The notes below the pieces were generated by a model. That model searched no databases. It was given only the letters and a program-made list of their open reading frames with translations, and had not been told where the DNA came from. The position numbers and the translations under genes were made by a program. Shown piece by piece: positions 10,700 to 20,295 of a stretch of DNA of 34,698 bases; position 1 is the stretch's first letter, and every line of letters begins with the position of its first letter. Source of the DNA: Octopus bimaculoides (taxonomy: Eukaryota); NCBI RefSeq assembly GCF_001194135.2, contig NC_068984.1, forward strand, positions 53,240,355-53,275,052, read 5' to 3'.

Positions 10700-10779
10700 A
10701 GAAAAAATAAAGTAGTCTATTATTATATCCATAGGCAGATGTATACTCGGTCATAATGTCTTACGTTTAAGGTGGTTCC

Positions 10780-10878
10780 CATACATTCCCTGAGGAGAAG
10801 TTTACATTTTTAACATCGACGATTCCTATGGATCGCATAAATTGTAATTCTTCGAAACATATGTCGGAATAAAGTATG
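10780..10878 (+). ncRNA. Type I hammerhead ribozyme with intact core (HHR-2)
   Basis: AUUCC(10785-89)-CUGAGGA(10790-96)-GAAG...CUUC(10850-53)-GAAAC-AUAU-GUC(10863-65)-GGAAU(10866-70). Stem I is 5 bp plus CAUAC/GUAUG beyond a 3-nt bulge. Stem II is extended by UUACA/UGUAA. Stem III is the palindrome ACAUAUGU. Confidence 0.85.
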
Positions 10879-11068
10879 CAGTAATAACGTGCGTTTACTC
10901 CATTCCTTAAATTTTTATATATACTCAAATACCCAAAATATCAAGGAGTTTCTGCCTCACTAACAGGAATTATACCAGTTATTTTGTGATCTTTGCTACC
11001 TTGGTTTCTATTAACCCATTTATTCTATCCGAATTATTATTTATTAGGATAAAATAAATACATATAAT

Positions 11069-11117
<49 letters not shown>

Positions 11118-11135
11118 CGAAATGTATAGTATTTT

Positions 11136-11655
11136 GGCATTCCTTCGATATAACTCGACAAAATCAAAACATCTGACTTCGGGTTTTTCCGTGACAGTTG
11201 CTGAAATGGGAGGAGGAGAAGAAGGCTAATGGGTTGTGTGTGTGTGCTTGTTCTTGCCTGGGATCCTTTCCTTCTCATGGGCAGCTCGATTAATTAATTT
11301 TCTGTAACTAAACACTTTGAAACGTCGGATACTGGTAGAATGTGTCATATTGAACATCTTTTACTCTTAGCGTTGTTTGAGAAAAGTTTCTATTTTCGAA
11401 AGAACAAATATGTAAGGCTTTTTTTCTTCAAGTTTAAAATGTGACATTGCTGGCATAATTTCGTTTTATCTATATTCCACAACACATAGATAAATAAAAA
11501 CAGAACAGGCACACACACAGACACAGACAAGAACAAGCACGCACACACAATCCATTAGCTTTCTTCTCTTCCCATTTCAGCAACTGTCACGGAAATACCC
11601 AAAGTCAAATGTTGTCAAATGTTTTGATTTTGTCGAGTTATATTGAAGGAATGCC
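11136..11655. mobile_element. 520-bp MITE (Merlin-type hallmarks)
   Basis: ~125-bp TIRs (11136-11260 and 11524-11655), termini GGCATTCC...GGAATGCC, exact 8-bp TSD AGTATTTT at 11128-11135 and 11656-11663. Confidence 0.93.
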
Positions 11656-11679
11656 AGTATTTTATATCTATCACGGCTG

Positions 11680-11762
11680 ATCTTACCAATCGGTTTCGCG
11701 CAAGGAATACAATGGAGTGTTAAGTAACAATCCGATTATATAACCTTACGCTCATCAGATTT
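11680..11762 (-). ncRNA. Hammerhead ribozyme relic with damaged stem I (HHR-3)
   Basis: Minus strand: aaau-CUGAUGA-GCGUAAGG-(38-nt loop)-CCUUGCGC-GAAACCGAUUGGUA-AGAU. Perfect core, 8-bp stem II, near-palindromic stem III, but only 1 bp of stem I. Confidence 0.65.
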
Positions 11763-11879
11763 AATCGATATGAAAGGGAACATGGTGACTGCTCTCTATT
11801 GTCAGAGGTGGATTAACACAACAGGTCAGCGGCTGCTGTGAAAAATATGGTGAAACGAAAAAGGGTTAGGAGTTATGCC

Positions 11880-12030
11880 CCTTAGCGGTTCAGCAAAAAG
11901 TATTGATAGAATGCCAATATTTAAAAAAACATATAAGTACTGGGGTCGATTCATTCCACTAAAATTTTTCTAGACTGTGTTGTAGCATGGCTGCAGTCTA
12001 ATGAGTGAAACGAGTAAAAGGTTAAAAGAT
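11880..12030 (+). mobile_element. SINE family A 3' half
   Basis: CTTAGCGGTTCAGCAAAAAG..TGATAGAAT...GTACTGGGGTCGATT...CAGCATGGCTGCAGTC.AATGA.TGAAAC. Confidence 0.65.
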
Positions 12031-12217
12031 TCAAGGTTAGCCTTAATGGAATTTACAAAAGCTGGATAATGAAATGCAGAAACACTTAATAAGTAGAACT
12101 TTTTATGTTTATATGTATCATATAAACATGTACATCTTTTAGAACATTGTCATTTTATAAGATTTTGCTGGCAAATTTTAAAATTAACAAACATTTATTT
12201 ACACGAAAGAAAATTAC

Positions 12218-12259
12218 TGGAGAACTTTCATTTAATTCTTCCAGATCTTTCCATAACAA
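12218..12259 (-). CDS. Candidate host exon (LLWKDLEELNESSP), product unknown
   Basis: tttcaatacag|TTG...CCA|gtaatt; 42 nt, phase 0-0. Confidence 0.28.
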
Positions 12260-12360
12260 CTGTATTGAAACCATTTGTGGGGAATTTATTTTACCACAGC
12301 AACTGGTCACACACCACAAGGTTTAACAGAACCTACTGATAAGCATTTTAGAAATCAAAC

Positions 12361-12437
12361 ATTAGTGTGGACAGTATCGTCTTGCTCAAATACATCCTTA
12401 TCTGTGTTCCATTGTTTGAAGATGTCATGCTTGTTTT
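12361..12437 (-). CDS. Candidate host exon (ENKHDIFKQWNTDKDVFEQDDTVHTN), product unknown
   Basis: cag|AAAAC...AAT|gtttga; phase 1-0; 101-nt intron to the next candidate. Splice sites are weak, and a competing plus-strand exon (12300-12442) exists. Confidence 0.22.
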
Positions 12438-12789
12438 CTGTTGTAAGTACATTTTTATGTTACTGCAATGAGAAGCTTGACAGTTCTCACTCGCATTCAC
12501 ATTATAAATTCTTCATTCTCACGAATTGAAAACGAAAGTAATTATTTTTGTTTAAATCACGCGAGTTTTAACAAGTCAAAGAAGGTAACTAATAAGCGTA
12601 GAAACGTGATACATGCCAAATTAAACTAAATAAATAAATGAATAAGTTATTTAAAATATTACCCTAAAGTGATATAATAATGCAAATGTCGAATATTTTA
12701 CTCTGAAGGTGGTAGTTCTTATGAGAATGCTTTGACTGAAAACAAATGAGATAAACTAAAACTATAAAAATAAATGAGACAACCCCTCT

Positions 12790-13024
12790 ATATATCCTCC
12801 TTGACATAAATTTTGGCATCGCTGTATATTATTAATTCGGTTAAGTATACTGGCACCCAAAAATCGACCTTTTTTTCGTAATAAAATTTTTTCGGCGGAT
12901 TCCTATATTTTCGATGACGGGGATTCTGAATATGCCAAATCTATCCAGCAGTTTTTGAGATATCTTTTCCACGGACAAACAAACATGACTGAAAACAATA
13001 CCTTTGCATCAGCGGAGGAAATAA
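12790..13024. mobile_element. Possible small non-autonomous DNA element (HINE/MITE-like)
   Basis: The 3' block ACAAACAAACATGACTGAAAACAATACC...GCGGAGGAAATAA resembles widespread elements ending GCGGAGGTAATAA. Weak ~15-bp inverted match to ATATATCCTCCTTGA on the left. Confidence 0.3.
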
Positions 13025-13257
13025 ATAGCATGACAGTTCTTGATTAAAAAAGTCAAACTCTATTCTCTCCAACGCCGGCATGGGAGTTACATCATTTGTA
13101 CAATGTAGAAAATAATCCGTTGTCATTGTTCAAACAATGTCGGTATCGAGTTCACAAATCACCCAAGGCTAGGGTCTCGTGCCATGCACCCTCTCTAAAT
13201 GTCGATCTTTGATCACTCTCATGACAACATTGTGACAAAAATCTTTATTTTTACCTT

Positions 13258-13450
13258 CATCATTATACCGAAAGAAATTGAAGAAAAAGACCCCATAGCA
13301 TTTAAACGCTATCTAGACAAATTCCTCCCAGAAATAGCAGATAAACCACTGACCTGGATACATTTCAGTCAACAAAAACCCTGCTCAAGTGGGTTATGGT
13401 GTCCCAAAATAGGTATTAACAGATTCAGCAGGATGGTGCTATATAAGTTA
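13258..13450 (+). mobile_element. 3' end of a CR1/L2-group LINE ORF2
   Basis: Translation IPKEIEEKDPIAFKRYLDKFLPEIADKP matches the typical C-terminal motif LP.EIK......FKR.LDKFL..IPD.P. Confidence 0.6.
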
Positions 13451-13952
13451 GGCATGACCTGGGTCATTAATGCCTGAAACTTGAATTAAGTAACTTAAGT
13501 TATATATATATTTAAAACACTCTTTTGCACATGAAATTTTTAATGATGGAATATTAATATTTAGCTCTATCCAATGGCTAAATTTTTTCTCAGCAGAAAC
13601 AATATCGTAAAATTCATGCCAGAAGTGGTTTATAAATAGTATGTATCTCAGATATGTGCTTATGATTTGACATGAAACCAAGACAATATGTCCTTTGAAT
13701 TTCATTGGCGTTTTTAATGAAAATTGAAAAATAACTACGAAGAAAATCAATGGATTAAGTGAAAAGATAAACATGTTAAATCTTTATAATCAGTAGAGAT
13801 ATTGAGTCAATGAAAACAGCCTCTAAGTGGTAATGCGACCTGCTAAAAATAATAGTCAGAACTCCCTTTCGTCTTATATTTTAAAGAATAAAATCCTAGT
13901 GTCTTAAATAAAGAAGTGTACATTGAACAGTGAAGATAAAAAGCCAGCATGG

Positions 13953-14393
13953 GGCAAGACTTCATTTTGTACCCCCCACCTAAACACCCCTTTTTTATTT
14001 TATTTTTTTTCTATACAAACCCCTGTTTTCTGCTATGGAGAATACGAATCTGCAAAAAAATTAGCAAAAATCAGCATTTTGAAATTATACCTATCTCCTT
14101 ATTTCTTCATTAACTTATTTCAGAAATTTTTTTTTTTTCAAAATATGCGGAAAAATGATTCTGAAAAAATTTCCAAAAATTTTTCCAGTTAGGGTTTTAG
14201 GGTTAGGGTTAGGGAAAAAAGCGAAAAAAAAATGAAGAAAGTGGGGGGGGAGGTACAGAAATTTCAAAATTCCGATTTTTGGCAATTTTCCGAAATCTCC
14301 ATATCCGAAAACGTGGGTTTTTGGCAATAAAAAAAAACAATACTTTGCGAGAAAATGGTGGTGGTGGTGGTGGGGACTGAATTAAGTCTTTCC
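13953..14393. mobile_element. 441-bp MITE (Merlin-type hallmarks) with TTAGGG repeats in its loop
   Basis: Termini GGCAAGACTT...AAGTCTTTCC, exact 8-bp TSD CAGCATGG at 13945-13952 and 14394-14401, imperfect subterminal IR 14017-14111 versus 14231-14320, and TTAGGGTTTTAGGGTTAGGGTTAGGG at 14189-14214. Confidence 0.85.
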
Positions 14394-15327
14394 CAGCATG
14401 GTTATGGCTGGAATACATTTGATCACAGGTGTGGGAGACGAGCGGCACCCTGAGAGTCATGAGTTATTTGGAACCCCATGAATGATGTTTAGAAAGTTTT
14501 TGGAATTTAACGTTTTGCTAAACTAACCAAGTAACTGAGTAAACAAAGCATTACTGAATTCTATTCTGATTTCTTTTATTGCATTTACTGGGTGAGAAGG
14601 TAGTGCACTCTGACATATCAGTTTCCCTTGGCAGTAACATAAGCCCAAGTTGTCTTAACTGATAAATCAATCAGTACAATTCAGTACCGTATTACGCAGC
14701 AAAGGTATGCACACGCTAGCAGGCATTTTTCCTGTAACCAGTTGCGTGTCTCTGGAGCTCTTGGTGAGAAAACAAATGACCAAAAACCTGTGTACTGGTA
14801 TATTGTACATTATTTATCAGTGACTAATAACTTTATTTAAAAATTAACATTTGCCAACGACAAACCGATTACTCATCCTACCGAAGGAGAAAATTAAAAG
14901 TAAACAAATACTTGCTTTACGCCAAAATTGAAGAACTAAATTACTTCAAATACTAATCAATTTCAGCTCAGTTGATTTATTTTACCTGTTACGCACAACA
15001 AATTTTAAAGAGACAAAAGCAAAGAAAATATTTATCGTTAAGAAGTCATGGATCTCTTGTGGCTGAAACAACAACAACAAAACAATTGTTTCTAACAGGT
15101 ACATAGCCTTAATTTTGGATTGAAGGAATAATCGATTCTCTTTCCCTAGTACTTTATTTTATTGACCTGCATTGGTGGGATTTGAACTCAGAATGAATTT
15201 CCTCAAGGCATTGCAAAAACATGGCTATACGGTAATCCCTCGCCATATCGTTTATTATTTAAGTTTACGTCAATTTCTCCATGGTGTTGTTTTCCATTTA
15301 TAATAAAATAAATACTTAACATATGAT

Positions 15328-15475
15328 CTGCTTCTTTCAGTTTCTGTCTAGCAAATACACTCACAGGGCTTTGATTGGCCTGAGGCTAAAGTAGAAGACA
15401 CTTGATCAAGGTGCCATGCAGTAGGCCCAAACCTGAAATCAGGTAGTTGGGATTCAAACTTCTTACCATGAACAT
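15328..15475 (-). mobile_element. SINE family A 5' half; a family A 3' tail also lies at ~15578-15640 (+)
   Basis: CTTCTTTCAGTTTCTGTCTA.CAAAT.CACTCACA.GGCTTTG.TTGGCC.GAGG.TA.AGTAGAAGACACTTG.TCAAGGTGCCA matches 32186-32270. Confidence 0.75.
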
Positions 15476-15747
15476 TAGTTGAATATTGACTAACAACATA
15501 TTATTAGTAAACAAAGTTGTGAACCAAGAATGGAATTTAAGTATGAAAAAATTATGCAAAAATAATACATTGTATAAAGGCAGTGCTCCAGCATGGCCGC
15601 AGTCAAATGACTGAAACAGGTAAACGAGTAAAAAGAGTATATAATAAACCAATGACTCCTTATGATATTCTTCGTCCTTCTGCTGTTCAGAGTCATTTCT
15701 TTTCTCTGACACTTTTGACTGGTGCAACGCTAGATAATAACATACAC

Positions 15748-15798
15748 CTAAAATGGTTTCTAAAGAGCTAAGAGATGAATAGAGTGAGATACGATGTT
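15748..15798 (-). CDS. Candidate host exon (EHRISLYSSLSSLETIL), product unknown
   Basis: ttttatgatctatttag|AAC...TTAG|gtgtat; 51 nt, phase 1-1. Confidence 0.25.
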
Positions 15799-15871
15799 CT
15801 AAATAGATCATAAAAGCAAATTTTTTATGAAAATGCAATAGTTTGCGACGATTACCACTGATTCCCGTTTT

Positions 15872-15878
<7 letters not shown>

Positions 15879-15911
<33 letters not shown>
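15879..15911. repeat. (CT)n microsatellite
   Basis: Read directly from the sequence. Confidence 0.95.
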
Positions 15912-15914
<3 letters not shown>

Positions 15915-17308
15915 ACTCAGTATGTTATCTTAATCCCGAGCAACTCCGAGTATCTCTTAAGTCAAACACTAAATCAGTGACGTGGACACATTGGAGCAGT
16001 AGAGAGGATTATGAACTCATAAAGTAACCTGATACATTGTATTTTATAAAAAACAATACTGTGTGAAAAGGCGATGATTTTGTTTCATGGAAGTCGAATC
16101 TATAAATAAAAACTTTCAACTGATTTTAAATATAACTGTTAGCCTGTGATTCACAGCCAAGAGAACATTTAACAAAATAAATGATATATCAGAGGAGATT
16201 GTAAAAATGACGAATTTTATATTGTTGTCAATTTTCATATATTGAAACAATGTTCTTTAAACTATTTTTGGATACAATTTATTTTTTAAGCTGTGTCCAA
16301 AAGATTGGTTTGATCGTTAAAACTATTTCATTTCACCGACATTGTCAATGTCTTTCTTTTTGAGAAATATGGAATATTATGTTCAGTCATAAGGAAACTA
16401 ATATTTAAATTACGTGCATTCCATTGTTAAATCAGTCAAGTTGGACTAGAATTTATATTTCCCAAAACAAAATAATAATAATAAGAAGAAAATTGACAAG
16501 TTTATTTTTTGAACTTGTGGAAGGCACACAAAATGTCGAAATATCGTTCACTTGATAACAATGGCACTCTTCTATTTTTGCTAATAATAATGATGATGAT
16601 AAGGGAGTGGTAATAAATATCTTTGGAAATTAGTCTAATTTGCACTAGCTCACTAGCGAAATAAATGACTCATCTCAAACGCAAAATTAACTTTCCATGA
16701 CCTTTTTTTAATCATTTTGTTGTGGCAATATGGATCTCTTCAATTATAATGTTTACTTGACAACGTACAATAAATTATGTATAATGCGACAGAGAAATCA
16801 CTCTCCAATAGTGATTTCAAGTACATCATACAATGTCTTTGTGACAGTTGTCAACATACATCTAACGCAAGATAACATTGCCTCTTTTGTTTAAACTTCA
16901 CTCTGTGAACTCAATGGCGAAATTGATTTTACTTGCCCTGTCGTGTGACCACTTATGATAGCATGTCAACTCTAATCATTTTATTAATAGAACCAAATTA
17001 TTTTCAAGCCTCGTTTACAATTATTCCCACAGAAAATATATTATCATTGGGCAGATAGTGAAGTTGTGGTGTGCAGTTAGTACAGAGTGGTCACTTTTAT
17101 ATACATATTTGCTGTGGTTGAAAATTGTTGCATTTAATGAAAGGGATGTCCTAGTTTGGCTACCGCACACGTCAACCAAGCCCTATGATACACTACTGTA
17201 GGTAGAATAGAATAGGGATCTTTTCTGTTGCTGTAACAGTTTTGTATTGTTTTAAATTTTATTCCAGTTGTTTTGAAATTCGATGTTCTGTTTTAGTTTT
17301 TGTATGAA

Positions 17309-17606
17309 AAAGTAAAGACTCCCCTGAGTCATGAATGACCATGGGATCGCACCTGAAAAGTTACCTCTGAGGCACAAGTCCAGGCAATGTTGTTTATGGA
17401 AGATCAGCAGTCACCCGTGCATACCAGCCTCCCCTCTCCACACCACTGATGTTATCCAAGGGAAAGGTAAATGTCGATACAGCTTGGCACCAGTGATGCC
17501 ACAGCTCATTTCTACAGCTGAGTGAACTGGAGCAACATGAAGTAAAGTGTCTTGCTCAAGAACACAACTCAAGACTGTGAGCCTAATGCTCTAACCACTG
17601 AGCCAT
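17309..17606 (-). mobile_element. SINE family D copy
   Basis: Reverse complement starts ATGGCTCAGTGGTTAGAGCATTAGGCTC (A-box), followed by TTGTGTTCTTGAGCAAGACACTTTA. Colinear with 29545-29883. Confidence 0.85.
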
Positions 17607-18329
17607 AATTATGAAAATGGAATACATTTTTGCCATAATTTTTTTAATAAAAAGTTAATAGGGATTTTTTCTGTTTGGCTGCCAAGATTTCAAAAATCAA
17701 AGTTTATGGAAAATTTCAAAATTTGGTACATTAATGTAGTTTTCCAAGCTGAATTGCTGGAGATATTTCACTTTTTCCAGAAAGATTTTTGAAAAATGAT
17801 ATAAAGGTTTAAAATTTGGTAATTTTCATCCAATCGATTTCAAAGTTGTTGTTTTGTGTGTGACTGCAAATAGTATGTGTGTTTTTTATACAAAACCATA
17901 AACAAATGAATTACACATGACATATAACCCCTCATAACTTTTCTATTTTTTTTAATTATCTGAAAATGTTTGTGAATTTGTATTCTACACTTGGGAATTC
18001 ATATGATGATACAGAAAAAAAAAAAAGAAGTGGGGGCGATGTGTGATTTAAGGCCTATTTAGCTGTTATTTTTAGCATACTTCACAACCACCTCAATGAC
18101 AAAAAACAAGTAAACAACACGTATTTTGTAGTTTTAAGCATTCAAAATACATTTAATATGATAAACAGCACATTACAAATTGAATGTTTCTCAAAATAAG
18201 AAACTTAAAAGATTTAACCAAAAACAAGATATCACATTACAAATTAAATATTTTTAAAAAACGAACATTTTGCTGACCAGTTCATTGAAAGTGAATGTTA
18301 GAAATGTATTCAAGCAATTTCTCAACCAA

Positions 18330-19190
18330 ATCACAATTTTCATATCTCCTGTGCCACATAAATTCACAGAGATGTGAATATACTATAGAACGGTGAGTGC
18401 CGCAGCATGATTTATTATCTCGCTTTACGGAGTCTCATGTACTCTCCACTTGTTGAGTGTGGGGTACCATTTTTCGAGTTAAGAAATCCATTGCAGTGAT
18501 TCACTGTTCCATACTCAGAATTGTAACCATCAATTTCAAGAATATGAGCCTACACCCTCCACAAATTGCTGAAAATGGTGGTTCCTGGAAGAATCAAGTG
18601 ATGTATGCATTCCTCCAGTGTGTCATGGTTCTGACATGGCACTGCATAGAGAAAAACCTGTCTGGTCTTGCTACACACTCCTCCAAGAACCCACTGTTCA
18701 AGTTGTACTTCCTCGGTTGTTCTTACATCATGAGAAGACTGTTTCGTCGATCTCAACAATCTTTCCAGGACCACCAACCTTAACTGGATGACAGAGCAGG
18801 TCCTCCACACATACTCACTTCCCTAACATAGCTGTTATAATCAACAGCTGTGCAATAGCTCATCCCCAGTTCTTCAACACAAAACTGGACCGAAGTCAAT
18901 TCCTTAACCCATGAGTAAAGAGAAAGCACTACAGTCCTAAGAGGAAGGGAGCTACTTTCAAATCATGTGTCTTTCCTCACTGACACAGACTCCATGCATC
19001 CTTGGCGTGAGCATCGCTAATACATATTCCTTCCAAGTTTTTTGTACTCATAAAATGCTTCTTCGTTTTCCATGATTTTATCTTAGGTATAACACTCTTT
19101 TCTTGCAAGTATGAAACCACATCCTCCTCTGGTGCGTTATTTAAGGCCTGTTTGGTTGCTATTTTTTGCACATATGACAACTACCTCAAT
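18330..19190 (-). pseudogene. Near-full-length decayed Merlin/IS1016-type DDE transposase, copy 2
   Basis: Minus strand: MY*RCSRQGCMESVSVRKDT*FESSSLPL...YSWVKELTSVQFCVEELGMSYCTAVDYNSYVREV, then KVGGPGKIVEIDETVFS*CKNNRG, QWVLGGVCSKTRQVFLYAVP...LILPGTTIFSNLWRV*...GTVNH...QVEST*. Has stops and frameshifts; the second catalytic Asp reads Asn. Confidence 0.93.
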
Positions 19191-19244
19191 GACTCAAATA
19201 TATTTGCCAACACGTACTTTCTTGCAGACAAAAGAGTTCTCATG

Positions 19245-19568
19245 TTTGGCTTGTTACTATGAAAACAGGCATGAATGTATCTGTGACTTATGATTGGCTA
19301 AAATTACCCAAAATTTTCAATCTTTAATAGCTAATAACTTTTTATTTATTGATTTTATGGGAAAAAAAATTTTCATGGCATTGATTAGCATATAAAAGTA
19401 TATCATTACACTGAATATGAAACCAATTTGAATAGAAATTGAAGAGACTGAAAATTGGTAGCGAAACAGAAAAGATCTGTTAATAGCTTTTAAAGTTTGC
19501 AAATTTTGGGTTATTTTAGCCAACTGAAAGCCACTGACACATTGCCTGTTTTCATAGTAACAAGCAAA
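19245..19568. repeat. Inverted repeat, ~80-bp arms, directly upstream of transposase copy 2
   Basis: GCTTGTTACTATGAAAACAGGCA...TTGGCTAAAATTACCCAAAATTT (19245-19325) versus 19492-19568. The ORF track shows ACYYENR on both strands. Confidence 0.85.
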
Positions 19569-19839
19569 GCTGTAGTTAGCTGCCCAAACCACCACCACCA
19601 TCATCACATATATTTTCTTTTGGTCTGTGTTTTCTTTGCCAAGTCAAACCTTAACCCTAATGTGTTTTTTGTTTTGTAATTTTTAGCAAATAATATTTCG
19701 TTGGGATTTTTTCTTTTTTAAATTATTTACTTGCTTATTCGACTGTTTCATATGACTTCATTAAAACTTCTTACAACTGCCATCATTGTAATGTTCTGTC
19801 TTCATACACCAACATAGGTTGTCAAGTGAAGGTGGAGGG

Positions 19840-20295
19840 GACAAACACAGACAGACACATTCATATATATATATGACGGGATTCTTTCAGTTTCCGTCTA
19901 CCAAATCCGCTCACAGGGTTTTGGTCGGCCCAAGGCTATAGTGGAAGACACTTGCCCAAGTGTATATACAACAAGACACCTGTTTCTGTCACATTCTGAC
20001 CTTTCATCATCTGATACAAGTTCACCCAGTCTAATGCCCCCTCCTCTCTCAAAGGGTTTTGGTCTTGCAAGTTACTTGGTGACCCTGCTAGTGCTTGTGC
20101 CATGTGAAAATCATCCAATCCACACTAAAGTGGTTGCCTGTGCTGGTTCCACGTAAAATGCTCTCAATTGACTCTGTGGAGTGATTGGTGTTAAGAAGAG
20201 CATCCAGCCATAAAGACCATACCAAAACACAGTGAAGCCTGGTGCAGTCTTCTGCTTAGTCAGCTCCTGTCGAACCATCCCAACCATGCTAGCAT
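19840..20295. mobile_element. SINE family A head (minus, ~19840-19965) followed by a family E retro-repeat (plus, ~19975-20295)
   Basis: Family A block TTCTTTCAGTTTCCGTCTACCAAATCC. The family E block TCTTGCAAGTTACTTGGTGACCCTG...GCATCCAGC...ACCATACCAAAA.ACAGTGAAGCCTGGTG is shared with 24.9-25.1 kb. Confidence 0.7.

Noticed and set aside
12300-12442. Plus-strand candidate exon with cag|...|gtaagt and an open frame
   Set aside because: It overlaps the minus-strand candidates and has no phase-linked neighbours that I could find. It cannot be excluded without RNA data.
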